Positions 53,321-64,000 of a stretch of DNA of 64,000 bases are shown here, in pieces. A program made the position numbers and the translations under genes. Source of the stretch: Camelus dromedarius (lineage: Eukaryota); the NCBI RefSeq assembly GCF_036321535.1, contig NC_087436.1, forward strand, positions 83,640,001-83,704,000. The letters run 5' to 3'. Every line of letters starts with the position of its first letter. Positions within the stretch are counted from its first letter, which is position 1. The notes beneath the pieces were generated by a model. That model did no database searches, was not told the origin of the DNA, and saw only the letters and a program-made list of their open reading frames with translations.

Positions 53321-54759
53321 TTATTCCACTAAAACATTTAGTTTTACATTACCTGAATACATCCTATCAAAGCATAACTAAGGTGTGCTAAGGAGGGGTA
53401 GAAGAAAAGCATCCTCTAATTCAGATGTTAAAAGGGGGAAAAGAACATATCGGTGTATGCTTATATACTCATCAAATATCTTTGTAAGAACATACTAGAA
53501 ACTAGTGTAATAATATTATCCCCGGGAGGGGATGAATGGTCAGGGGACAGGGTTTCAAGGGAGAGACTTTTCACTGAACACCCCTCTGAATTTTGAACCA
53601 CATAAATATATTATTTAATAATTTTAAAATTAAAAATGAAAATGAAAATTATTTTATGTAAGAGTAACCTCAAGAGGCTACTATGCAATCATTGTTGGCT
53701 GAAGGGTCAGAATATTGATTAAGTCAAAACCAAAATGTTATTTTAGGTGGTCACACTTTGGCATCCAAATGAATAATTCTTAACAACCCTATTTAAGCTA
53801 TTAAAGGAATTACCTACAGATCTGTGTGTATCTCAGTCTACAGGATCCAGTTTTCCTCCATACTGAGTGTGTAAATGAGTCCTGTCAAAGCTCTAACTCA
53901 GTAACATCTGGCCTCAGGATCCTGTAGGCCAAGGGCCCATCCTCCTGCCATGAGACATATAACACCTTCGTGTTTAGACTGTTTCTTCAAGTATTTGAAC
54001 AAATCCAGAGCTGTCCTCTGGAACCTCACCCTCCCGCTGCTGTCTTCCTCCAAAAACAAGAGTGCACCTACAAGATGAGGTAAGAATGCAAACCTGGCTC
54101 TTCAGTTTTCACAACAAAGCATCATTTTGCCATCTACATACCTAATAACCTGAGCGAGAGCTGTTTTTCAGTGAAAACACCTGACGGGCTTCTGTGGTCT
54201 GAAGTGTCTGCCATACAGTCCCTGTCACAAGCAGCCACGCCCCTGCAGGGAACAGAGGTGCTATGCTTGGGGGCACGACCGACACCGCGTTCCTCCCAGT
54301 GCAGGGAACAGACGTGGAATCGTGGGAAGATTTGGGGCTGGAAGCCAACTGCACAAAGCACAGAATTTCTTCCAAGTCACAAGTTTTACATTTAAGAATG
54401 CCCCCAAATTTTATATTCTACTCTGCGATGAGTCTTGTTTTAGTAGAGAAATGTTTCAGTATAGAAAATGTAAATTCCAAGCTCTTCTCTCTGAATATTT
54501 CCTTCCCAAATCTCTTAAAATTTATTGATATTTATTATATAGTTTGCAGTTCTCCCATCATACCACCCTAGTTAAAAACCTGGATAATTTGAGAATGATG
54601 CTTTTAAGTCCTATTTTAAATAAAATCATAAAAAAGCTGTAAAACATAGTTCTCAGTAACTAAGAGATAATTTATCTTTTTATCATGCAATGTACTGTGG
54701 TACACTACAATTGTTTTACACAATTAATTTTATCATTCCAAAAGTAAATGACTTTCCTC

Positions 54760-54788
54760 CGTGTGCGCGCGCACACACACACACACAC
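54760..54788. repeat. (GT)(GC)(AC)n alternating purine-pyrimidine tract
   Basis: gtgtgcgcgcgcacacacacacacacac. Confidence 0.9.
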
Positions 54789-55015
54789 TGCCCACAGTAG
54801 GTTATAAATCATAGTTTTTGTGGTACCTCACTGACCCTGGAGTACATCAAGGTATTCAATAAGCTGATGACTGATCTCAAGCTAAAAGAGATACTCAAAA
54901 AGTATTCTAATACATTAAAAATTATTGATTATCAGTTGGAATTTAATGAATCAAGAGAACTCACTATTAATATTAGAACAGAGGATTTCAGCACTTAAAA
55001 TTAGGAATCATTCCA

Positions 55016-55943
55016 GATCATTAGGCACATGAAAAAATGTTCAATATCACTAATTATCAGAGAAATGCAAATCAAAACTACAATGAGGTATCACCTCACA
55101 CCAGTCAGAATGGCCATCATTCAAAAGTCCACAAATGACAAATGCTGGAGAGGCTGTGGAGAAAAGGGAACCCTCCTACACTGCTGCTGGGAATGCAGTT
55201 TGGTGCAGCCACTGTGGAAAACAGTATGGAGAGTCCTCAAAAGACTAGGAATAGATTTACCATATGACCCAGTCATCCTGCTCCTGGGCATATATCCAGA
55301 AGAAACCCTACTTCAAAAAGACACCTGCACCCCAATGTTCATAGCAGCACTATTTACAATAGTCAAGACATAGAAAGAGCCTAAATGCCCAACAACAGAT
55401 GGCTGGATAAAGAAGATGTGGTATATTTATACAATGGAATACTATTCAGCCATAAAAATGACAACATAACGCCATTTGCAGCAACATGGATGTCCCTGGA
55501 GAATGTCATTCTAAGTGAAGTAAGCCAGAAAGAGAAAGAAAAATACTATATGAGATCGTTCATATGTGGAATTAAAAAAAAAAAAAAGAACATAAATACA
55601 AAATAGAAACAGACTCATAGACATAGAATACAAACTTGTAGTTGCCAAGGGGGCTGGAGGTGGGAAGGGACAGGCTGGGATTTCAAAATTTGTAGATACT
55701 GACAGGCATATGCAGATTAGATAAACAAGATTATACTGTATAGCACAGGGAAATATATACAAGATCTTGTGGTAGCTCACAGCAAAAAAGAATGTGACAA
55801 TGAATATATGTATATTCATGTATAACTGAAAAATTGTGCTCTACACTAGAAATTAACACAACATTGTAAACTGACTATAACTCAATAAAAAAAAATGTTA
55901 AAAAAAATGGGCAGAAGAAAAAAACAAACAAAAAAAACCCCAA
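55016..55943 (+). mobile_element. 5'-truncated young L1 (ORF2 C-terminus and 3'UTR), about 260 bp into the intron from the exon at 56203
   Basis: [17 protein letters not shown]. 19-bp TSD aaaa(t/c)taggaatcattcca at 54997-55015 and 55944-55962, at a TT/AAAA site. Confidence 0.93.
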
Positions 55944-56202
55944 AAAACTAGGAATCATTCCAAACTAGAAACCTCAGTAATTAAAGTGATAGCTCCATGA
56001 CAAATTCATTTAATATTGTCAAAATAATGGTAAGCCGCCATAATGCTCTTAATGTCTTTTTATAAGGGCAAAATACATTACACCATAATTTGATGTTCTA
56101 ATTAAGGTGTTTTAGGGTATATGCTAGTAACATGTTATGACGTTATTCACACAAAAACCTTCTTCTGTAAAAACAATGGAATTAAAATACGACCGGACTC
56201 AC

Positions 56203-56392
56203 CGTGCTTGGTCAAGTACTCGACTATGCTCCCCACTATAGCTGGGATGCCATTCTCAGTGAGGCCCTGCTGATGAAGGTCTTGGAGACTGACGCCAAAT
56301 AACTTTTTGTAGGTGGAACTCTTCTGCTCGTTTTGTGGCACCGCTGCTATCTTTTTCATGTCTTCCTTCAGCCGAACTGCAGCTTTACTTTG
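56203..56392 (-). CDS. FAM13A: FAM13A coding exon (equivalent to human exon 2), start of RhoGAP domain: QSKAAVRLKEDMKK...LFGVSLQDL...GIPAIVGSIVEYLTKH
   Basis: Translation matches the FAM13A N-terminal region as recalled. Acceptor ttttaag|CAA (AG 56394-56393), donor CACG|gtgagt (56202-56197). 190 nt, phase 0 to 1. Confidence 0.96.
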
Positions 56393-58087
56393 CTTAAAAC
56401 AGCGTAAGCAGAAAGAGCAGTCAGTCATATTAACCACAGGAGGTTGCATGGTTACAACAGAATCACCTGAATTAAAGTATAAGCATTTGGAGACAGAGAG
56501 CAGTGGTCTTGACTTATTTTTACTTCAACTCAAATCAAAATCCCTCATCTCTCTCTCAGGTTGCTCAGTGCTGAGAATGGCACACGCTGATATACTGGTT
56601 AAAAGGAGTGAAAAATAATGAGAAACCTAAAGCCACACTTAACCACACTTAAGCGTAGCTAAGAGAGGGAGCAATACACTGCAGTATCTTAGATATATTA
56701 CTACAGTAACTGGGGGTGTGACTCACAACCTGGTTAACAGGAAAATAAAACATTTATAAGCACATTGAAACCCCATGCAGATCCTGAAAGAGTAAGATGT
56801 TACCCAACATAAAAAGTTATCTAGATGCCATTTTAAGGTAGCTTTAATTTGAAGGGTTAGAAAAAATATATATATGTAGGGTGAACATTTATTTCTGACT
56901 TGATTATATCTGAATATCTCAATAAGATTTTGGCACATAAAATCAACTTAATTCTCATTGTAGTTCAAAATGTTATCTGTGAAATAGCAATGTTTCAGGT
57001 AATCACAATTTTTAAAACTTCAACATATAATAAATAAAAAAATACAATTTACATTCAACTAATTCAAGTTATCACCACAGTGAAACCTCTATACAAATCT
57101 GTTTCTTCCGTTTAATAGAAAAATTTTCCCCAAGGAAGTATTTTAAAAGATAAATTTTAATATGGTTCAATATAACTAAATAGGGATTTCTTTTTTAAAA
57201 AAGTGTATGTCCTATATAAAAGTGTATATCTTTAAATACTAAAAAGATGGCAAAATGTGAACAACTTTATTTGGGGAGAGAGGAAGCAGACTGGGGGAAA
57301 TGTTCACTAATTAAAAAGTGTCAATATTATAAGTGCAGGCTCATGCAGCTGTTAAACAATCTAAAAGCAGGATCATTACCTTCATTGTATAGCTGAGGAA
57401 ACAAAGATCAAAGAGTTAAGAAGTAATCTGGTAAAAGTCATGGAACTGGTCAGAAGACAGTCTCATCTGACCCTAAGTCTGTATTTCTCTCCTTAATTTA
57501 GATTAAAGTGCAGTTTGTGTATAATTATAGTAACAAACTATGATAAATATTGTATGTGACACATGACAATTACACAAAGATAATTCTATAATCTTGATTT
57601 TTAGTAAGGTCCCCATAATTTCAATTTGACCTTGAATTTTATAATCTACATAATCAGACCAACTTTTATAGACATATTTGCAGATTTTAATAGGTCATAT
57701 TTGAAAGCCATATTTCCCTAGTGAGGATTCAGCAATGTAAAGTTAAAACATAGATTTAGTAACCCATTAATACTACTAATAAGGCACAGTGTTAGCTACT
57801 ACAGAGCAGTAGGGGCTAGAACTATCATCTCTGTCACCAAGGAAGTCAAGTCAAACTTGTAACAACTACTATTTTTGTGTGTGAGTTTAAAAATCTATCC
57901 ATCTCCTTCAAATGAACGAACATATGGGAAGTTTCAGTCAACCAGGTCTGTGGTGAGTAAGCAGCCAAAAAGCAACCTGTAATAATGAAACTGAAAATGG
58001 TCTCAAGTGTGGCATTAAAGCCAGCTGACAGTATGAGGTTAAATTATACAAATTGTATCTTTTATTTCACCTTCTTACAGACACAAT

Positions 58088-58340
58088 AGAGCACAGTGGT
58101 TTAGAGCATGGACTGTGGAACCAGACTCCCTGTTTCAAATCCCATTCTGATCTTATTAGCTGTGTAACCCTGGACAAGTCACTTACACTCCGTGTGCCTC
58201 TGTTCCCCCATCTACGAAATGGGGATACCAGAGGTTCCTATCTCATATGAATATATGAGGCTGAAATGAGCTCGTACACGTAACAAGAATGAGACGAGTG
58301 TCTGGAATACTCAGTAAGTACTGTTATCCTCATCACCATC
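58088..58340 (+). mobile_element. MIR
   Basis: cagtggtttagagcatggact..ttcaaatccc..ctgtgtaaccctggacaagtcactta. Confidence 0.8.
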
Positions 58341-59579
58341 CTTCTTCTAGGAAATTATTCTGATTTCTTCTCAAAAAATTGAGAGATACTCAACCACTCC
58401 TGTACTTAATGTCTGTGAGGACTAACCTGATGACTAATTATTCTCCATAGACCTCTAAATCTAAAATATTTAGGTATGACTTTTGAAAGATAAAGATAAA
58501 ATCATTTTGCACATTAGTATCAGAATTTCTCGAGTTTTTACTAGAAATTTTCAAGACTTTCTCAGAATTCTGTCTAAATGTCAGTTTAAAACCTAAATTA
58601 ACAATCTCTCTGCTGCTAGCCCTGTTCCTAATTTTGCCCTTCACTCGAGTACAGTCAATATGCTCTGTCTCCTGTTAACAGTGTAAATAAACACTCCTGG
58701 CATTATGGTTCAGTATTTTCAAGTCTGAGACATGTCATTAACCTCATACATCTTGAACTGATTGCAAATTAAACTACCTGTTTACTCAGCATAGAGCCAT
58801 ATTACATAGGCAAGTTTATATGTAATCATAGTAATAAAGGAACATCTGATTATTGCTTTTAATTGGTAATCTAATTTAGGTTTACACTTTTTAAAAAGTA
58901 AATACTGTTTTAAAACAACCACAATGAAACAGACAGCTTTATTTTCAGACATCCAAATCAATTCTTCAGTGATGGGCTTAGAACAAATATAAAATATCCT
59001 TTATGGTAAGTACTAAGAAATATTCAATAGTTCCTTACTCATGAAAAAATAAAACTAAGGACATGAAAAGCCATTTATGACAAATTCCATTTAAGCTGAA
59101 ATTACTTTCTACCTTTATTCAATGTTAGATCATTCTCTTTATAAACGTCAATGTCTGTAGAATTTCAGCTTCCCTTCAAACACACACTTAACTTTTCTTG
59201 ATCTAATATAAGCTGAAAAATAAGTTACTAATTGAGGTATTCTGAGTCAATCTTAACTTTGCATATATTCCCATTCATCACTTGAGTTTGAAAACTGGAC
59301 TCTGCATCTGTAAAAGCAATTTAGGTTCCCACATTAAAAGGCAGACAGGGAACCTTGGGAACAATCTGTAGGGGTCATTTAGTGCTTAAAGTATCACTTG
59401 AGGAAAGGAAACCAGGACCCAAAAAGTTGCGGTGAACTCAGTGAGAAAGGGCTCAGCCCATGTCGCCTAATTTTATACCAATATTCATTTTCATAATTAA
59501 TGGTGACCTTGTTTTTCTATGCTTTTATTTATGATCAAAAATACTTAACTAGCTCACAAAATGTGCACACCAGGACAGT

Positions 59580-60050
59580 AGTGGATATTTGTTGATTGGG
59601 GGCCACCTAGCCTCTATTTCTCCTTTTTCCTAGTGACAAATCCTGCCTGCCTTTGGGGGAATGACCGCACCCTCGGTGTGCACAGCTCTGATGAGGCGAC
59701 CACTCCAACCGCTGCCCTGCCTTTAGGAAGGGCTGGGCTAGGGCACCCTAGCCGATCAGACCCTTCCTCCTGCAGACCACTGAAGCCTGAGTGGACTGTC
59801 ACAAGGACAGAAACATGGTTGGAGCTAATTTATTCCAGCCGCAGTGCTCTCACTGGATGGTTAGATTAACTAACCAGTAGACTAACTCTTGCCAGCTGCA
59901 TCCCCAGAGCTGCTATGTGTGGTCCTTTGGCTGCCCTCTCTGACACTGGTCCTCCAGCTGTTCCTTCCACATGGTGAGCTACTCCATAGCTTTCCAGTAA
60001 AGTTTCTTTGGGCTTAAGTTAGCCAGAATCATCCATTTCTGTTTGGTAGC

Positions 60051-60083
<33 letters not shown>

Positions 60084-60091
60084 CAACTGAT
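59580..60091 (+). mobile_element. Old MaLR LTR (MLT1J/K-like) containing (AC)n at about 60050-60080
   Basis: ccagtaaaagtttctttgggcttaagttagccagaatc..tttctgtttggtagcaac..aactgata. Confidence 0.55.
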
Positions 60092-60425
60092 AAAAGTGCC
60101 CTGGAAAAAGAAAAAAGAAACAATAATCAAGAGCAGAGAGGAAACCAGGGTTTTAGAAAATAAGAGAAAATCAGAATGATAATGACAACTAACTTTTATG
60201 GAATGTTCACTGACTATATCAGTCACTTTAGATGGCTTCACTCATTAAATCCTAATAAAGACACACTGGGAAGGAAGATACGTTTGTGAACTCTGTTTCA
60301 CAGAGCAGCCAAGTAATGTGTTCCAGGTGCTGTCAAAGATGTGATGTGGCCAGCAGTGACACGGGCAATCTGAGTCCAGAGGACACATGCTTAATGCTGT
60401 CTCCAAAAAGAAAGTGTTGAGAATC

Positions 60426-60616
60426 AACCACTATATATACAAAGATAAAAAACAAATTCCTTTTGTATAGCACAGTGAACTATATTCAATATCTTGTAAT
60501 AACCTTTAATGAAAAAGAATATGAAAACAAACATACGTATATATGCATGACTGGGACATTACGCTGTACACCAGAAATCCATACATTGTAACTGACTATA
60601 TTTCAATTAAAAAAAG
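60426..60616 (+). mobile_element. L1 3'UTR fragment
   Basis: Close paralog of 47390-47570. Confidence 0.85.
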
Positions 60617-61369
60617 CATATACTGGGAAAGCTCACTTGCTAAAGATAAAACAAAATAATTATTCTTATAGTAGAGGAAAATAGGATTATTTATATGTTT
60701 CTTGGTCTCCTTAAGATATGCTCAGAAGCAACATCACTATTTTTGATATTAGAATCCGCACAGAGAAGGCTTTTATCAGTAGGACGCATTTCAGAAGTCT
60801 TGAGTTTTTATAATAGCCAACATTTACTGAGTGCTGATTTTGTGCCAGACTCTACTGTAAGTGCTTTAAAATTAAAACCTCAAAATTCCAAAACAAATTT
60901 ATCAGTAGGTACTTTTACTATTCCAATCTGGACAAGAAAATTAAGGTACGAAGAAAAAGAAACTTGTCTCATACAGTTGGAGAGCCAGAATATAATACCC
61001 CGCTGCTCTGGCTCTAACATGTGAGCTCAGAACCCTGAAAGACTTTAGTATTTGCAGAAACTTTAATGTAAGTGGTTCTGTGAAGCCCCGAGGGGGACAA
61101 TACTACATACAGCACAGAGCTTAATACAAAAATCGATTTTAGACTACTGAATTCAACTGCCTGTTTTTCCTTAAGGCAATCCTCCAAGAATTTAAGTACC
61201 ACAAGGTTAAGGCACTTTGAAGGACAATCAGGCTACACTGCTGGTTAAATTCAGACCTGTGCACTTGAAAACTCTTTGCAAATGGGGCTAGGACTAATAC
61301 AGCCAAGCAGGATGTGGAAGCAGAACAGATAATCCATACCAAATAAAAGGGGTGCAAGGAAAGTACAAG

Positions 61370-62270
61370 ATAAGCCCGAGACATCTTGCTCTAGAAGGCA
61401 AGGAAATGCTTAAGGACTAATGGGGTGTGTCAAAAAGACCTGTGGGCCAGCTGACACAGTTCCTATCGGCCAAGTTTAGGTCAGCTGGAGCACCACGAGT
61501 AAGAACTGTAAATGATTACCACATCCGGTATAAACACAAATCCCTGAATCAACAGTGATCCTAGGAAGAGTGAGGGAAATGGGTTAAAAAAGTAAAAGTC
61601 CTCTTTACAGAACATGCTGCAGCTAAATACAGAAGGAATAACAGAATTAGAAAATGAGCATTTTCAACTAATCATTTAACAAATAATTTTGCCAAGGATT
61701 GTCGGTGGATGCTAAAGCAGGTGAAAAGTTGTTGGAGAACAGGATTTTCAGAGTCTCAAAGATCACACAGTATTTGCAAAGGGAAAAAAAAAATTTACCT
61801 TTACACTTGATATCTCTGAGGACTCGGCTTAACTCAAAAGATTAAATTTATCATCACTCATCATGATGAGTTGACATTATGTGCTCCTGATGTGATGCAA
61901 CATGCAGAAAACATCATTTATAAAATATTCTTGCCAAAAATGTTTAAGCTGATGCTCATCTAGCCTCTAAATCTAACAGTTTACATGAAGTTCAGGAGCT
62001 AAAAGAACAAGTTAAATGACAGTGAGGAAACAGACAAATTAGGAATCAGGGCCATTCTAACAGACAGCTAGCCTGGAATTTTTGAAACATTAATGTTATG
62101 AGGAAAAGACTAATTCTAGATTTCAAAGAAAATACACAAGCTTCAAATGTAATATATGAATATTGACTGGTTCCTGGCTGAAAAATAGAAGAAAAAAGTA
62201 GCCAATTTTCCATGGGACAACTAAGGAAATTTGAATATGTGTTGTACATTAGATGGAATTACTATAAAGG
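61370..62270 (+). mobile_element. L1MC/MD-type 3' region
   Basis: ctaaatacagaaggaataacagaattagaaaat..ttcttgccaaaaatgtttaa..tttgaatatgtgttgtacattagat. Confidence 0.65.
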
Positions 62271-64000
62271 TGGATTCTGCAGCAGCAGAGTTTGTGGCTG
62301 GGCACTTATGGAGGAGAGGCTGACACCTAAGCCAATTGTTGGTGCTCCCACAGCAGGTGTAGCTTTGACGAGCTTTGAGGGCATGCACTTTGGGAGTACA
62401 CACGAGCCAGAGGTGGAACTGAGGCCGAGCAGTTTATTGGTGCTCCCACAGCAGAGGCGGGTCGGGTAACAGCTACAGCAGCAGTGATTTTCATGAGCCC
62501 CGCACACCAAGTGGTGTGTGGCATCACGGTCTCATGACCTGCTAACAGCTCCTAGGAAGAACACACAGCAACCCTTTTTCCAGAGAAGTCTTCCAGTCCT
62601 GCCCACCTCACGTTGCTGCTTAGAACCACATGATGACACCTACTACAACAACTGGAGGGCAGACGCTGCCCCCAACAGGACTGTGACAACCACATAGCAA
62701 AGAGAAGGCCCCATTCAACATCCAGCACAGGCTCTGGTCACCATTACACCAAACACACCCTATCAAGAGAACAACAGCCAGCACACTGAGGGAATATGTG
62801 GCAGGCATCCATAACAAAAACAGCCCTCACACCAAAAATATTGGACTCACACAGTGCACAGGGATGCTCCCACATAAAACCAGCCCTTCAAGACCAAAGT
62901 AGGTAATTGTTTCTCCTAAATTCATAGAGCCAGAGAAATATAGGAAAAATGAAAAAGCAGAGGAATTACTCCCAGTTAAAAGAATGAGAGAAATCCCCTG
63001 AAAGAACAATGAAACAGATCTCTCTGGTCTCCCAGGCCCCAACTTCAAAAAGGAGGTAATAAAAATGCTAAAGGAATTAAGAAAGATGATCTATAGAAAT
63101 GCAGATCACTGTAATAAGGAACTAGAAACTATAAAGAGAAACCAATTAATGCACAAGATGAAAAAGTGATCTGGAAGATGGAGTAATGGAAATAACCCAC
63201 TCAGAACAGCAGAGAAAATGACAAATGAAAAAAATGGAAAGAAAGCAACACATGAGACCTATGAGATAACATGCATAGATTGTCATGCTTTATAGGGATT
63301 CCAGAAGGAGAAGGGAAAAGAAGATCAAAAATGTATTTGAAGAAATTATGGCTGAAAACTTTCCAAACCTAAAGAAGGAAACAGATAACCAGGTACAGGA
63401 AGCACAAAGGGCCCAAACAAGATGAACCCAAACAGACCTATACCAAGGCGTATCATAATTAAAGTGGCAAAAGTTAAAGATAAAGAGAGGATTTTAAAGG
63501 CAGCAAGAGAAAAAGTCATTTACAAGGGAACCCCCATAAGGCTATCAGCTTGTATCTCTGCAGAATCTTTGCAGGACAGAAGGGAATGGCCATGATATAT
63601 TCAAATTCCTGAAAGGAAAAAACCTGCAACCTAGAATAATTTACCCAGCAAGATTATCATTTAGAATAGAAGGAGAGGTAAAGAATTTCTCACATGAGCA
63701 AAAACTAAAAGAATTAAGTAATACTAAATTTACCCTAAGAGAATACTGGAAGATCTTCTTTACAAAGAAAAGCAGCAAGAATCTATACAAAAGGGAAAGT
63801 CATAATAGGAAATGCAAACATATAAAAGGATTGAAATCACTTAAAAAGCCAGCATGCAGATTAAAAATAAAAAATGTAAAAGCAATTATAACCACAGTAA
63901 ATAAAAAGTGTAAGCATGAAGATGTAAAATAAGACATTAAAATGACAAAATGTGGAAGGAGGGGAGTATAAAAATGTAGATCTTTTAGAATGTATTTGAA
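62271..64000 (+). mobile_element. Older L1 5' portion: 5'UTR, disrupted ORF1 (about 62949-63763) and inter-ORF spacer, running off the window
   Basis: Collinear with 1393-2417 (aaaagcagaggaattactcccagttaaaaga; tacaagggaacccccataaggctatcagct); many frameshifts. Confidence 0.88.

Noticed and set aside
56393..56449. In-frame upstream ATGs (MQPPVVNMTD...) extending the exon ORF
   Set aside because: The stretch overlaps the branch and pyrimidine region of a canonical acceptor and has no promoter features. It is most likely a chance open intron frame.
62330..62460. Repeated ttggtgctcccacagcag with a spacer, superficially array-like
   Set aside because: There are only two copies, inside an L1 5'UTR. 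This is not a CRISPR-like array.

Overview
AT-rich, repeat-dense mammalian genomic DNA, probably camelid (three tRNA-derived SINEs resemble the camelid vic-1 type). The window lies inside FAM13A on the - strand. It holds three consecutive RhoGAP-domain coding exons (56203-56392, 48885-49094, 32984-33161) with canonical, phase-compatible AG/GT sites and an intact GLFRVNG arginine finger. The first coding exon and the exon after 32984 fall outside the window. The rest is intron carrying L1 (mostly antisense to the gene), L2, MIR, MaLR/ERVL LTR and DNA-transposon remnants. Best leads: (1) a TSD-bounded L1 at 63-3100 that keeps 5'UTR+ORF1 but lacks nearly all of ORF2, with a junction that looks spliced; (2) a candidate 102-nt in-frame phase 2-2 cassette exon at 12614-12715; (3) a 90% GC3 island confined to one exon; (4) two L1 insertions at the same target site near 45.9-47.6 kb. 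No prokaryotic-type system is present. Repeat family names and most repeat boundaries were assigned by eye and are approximate.
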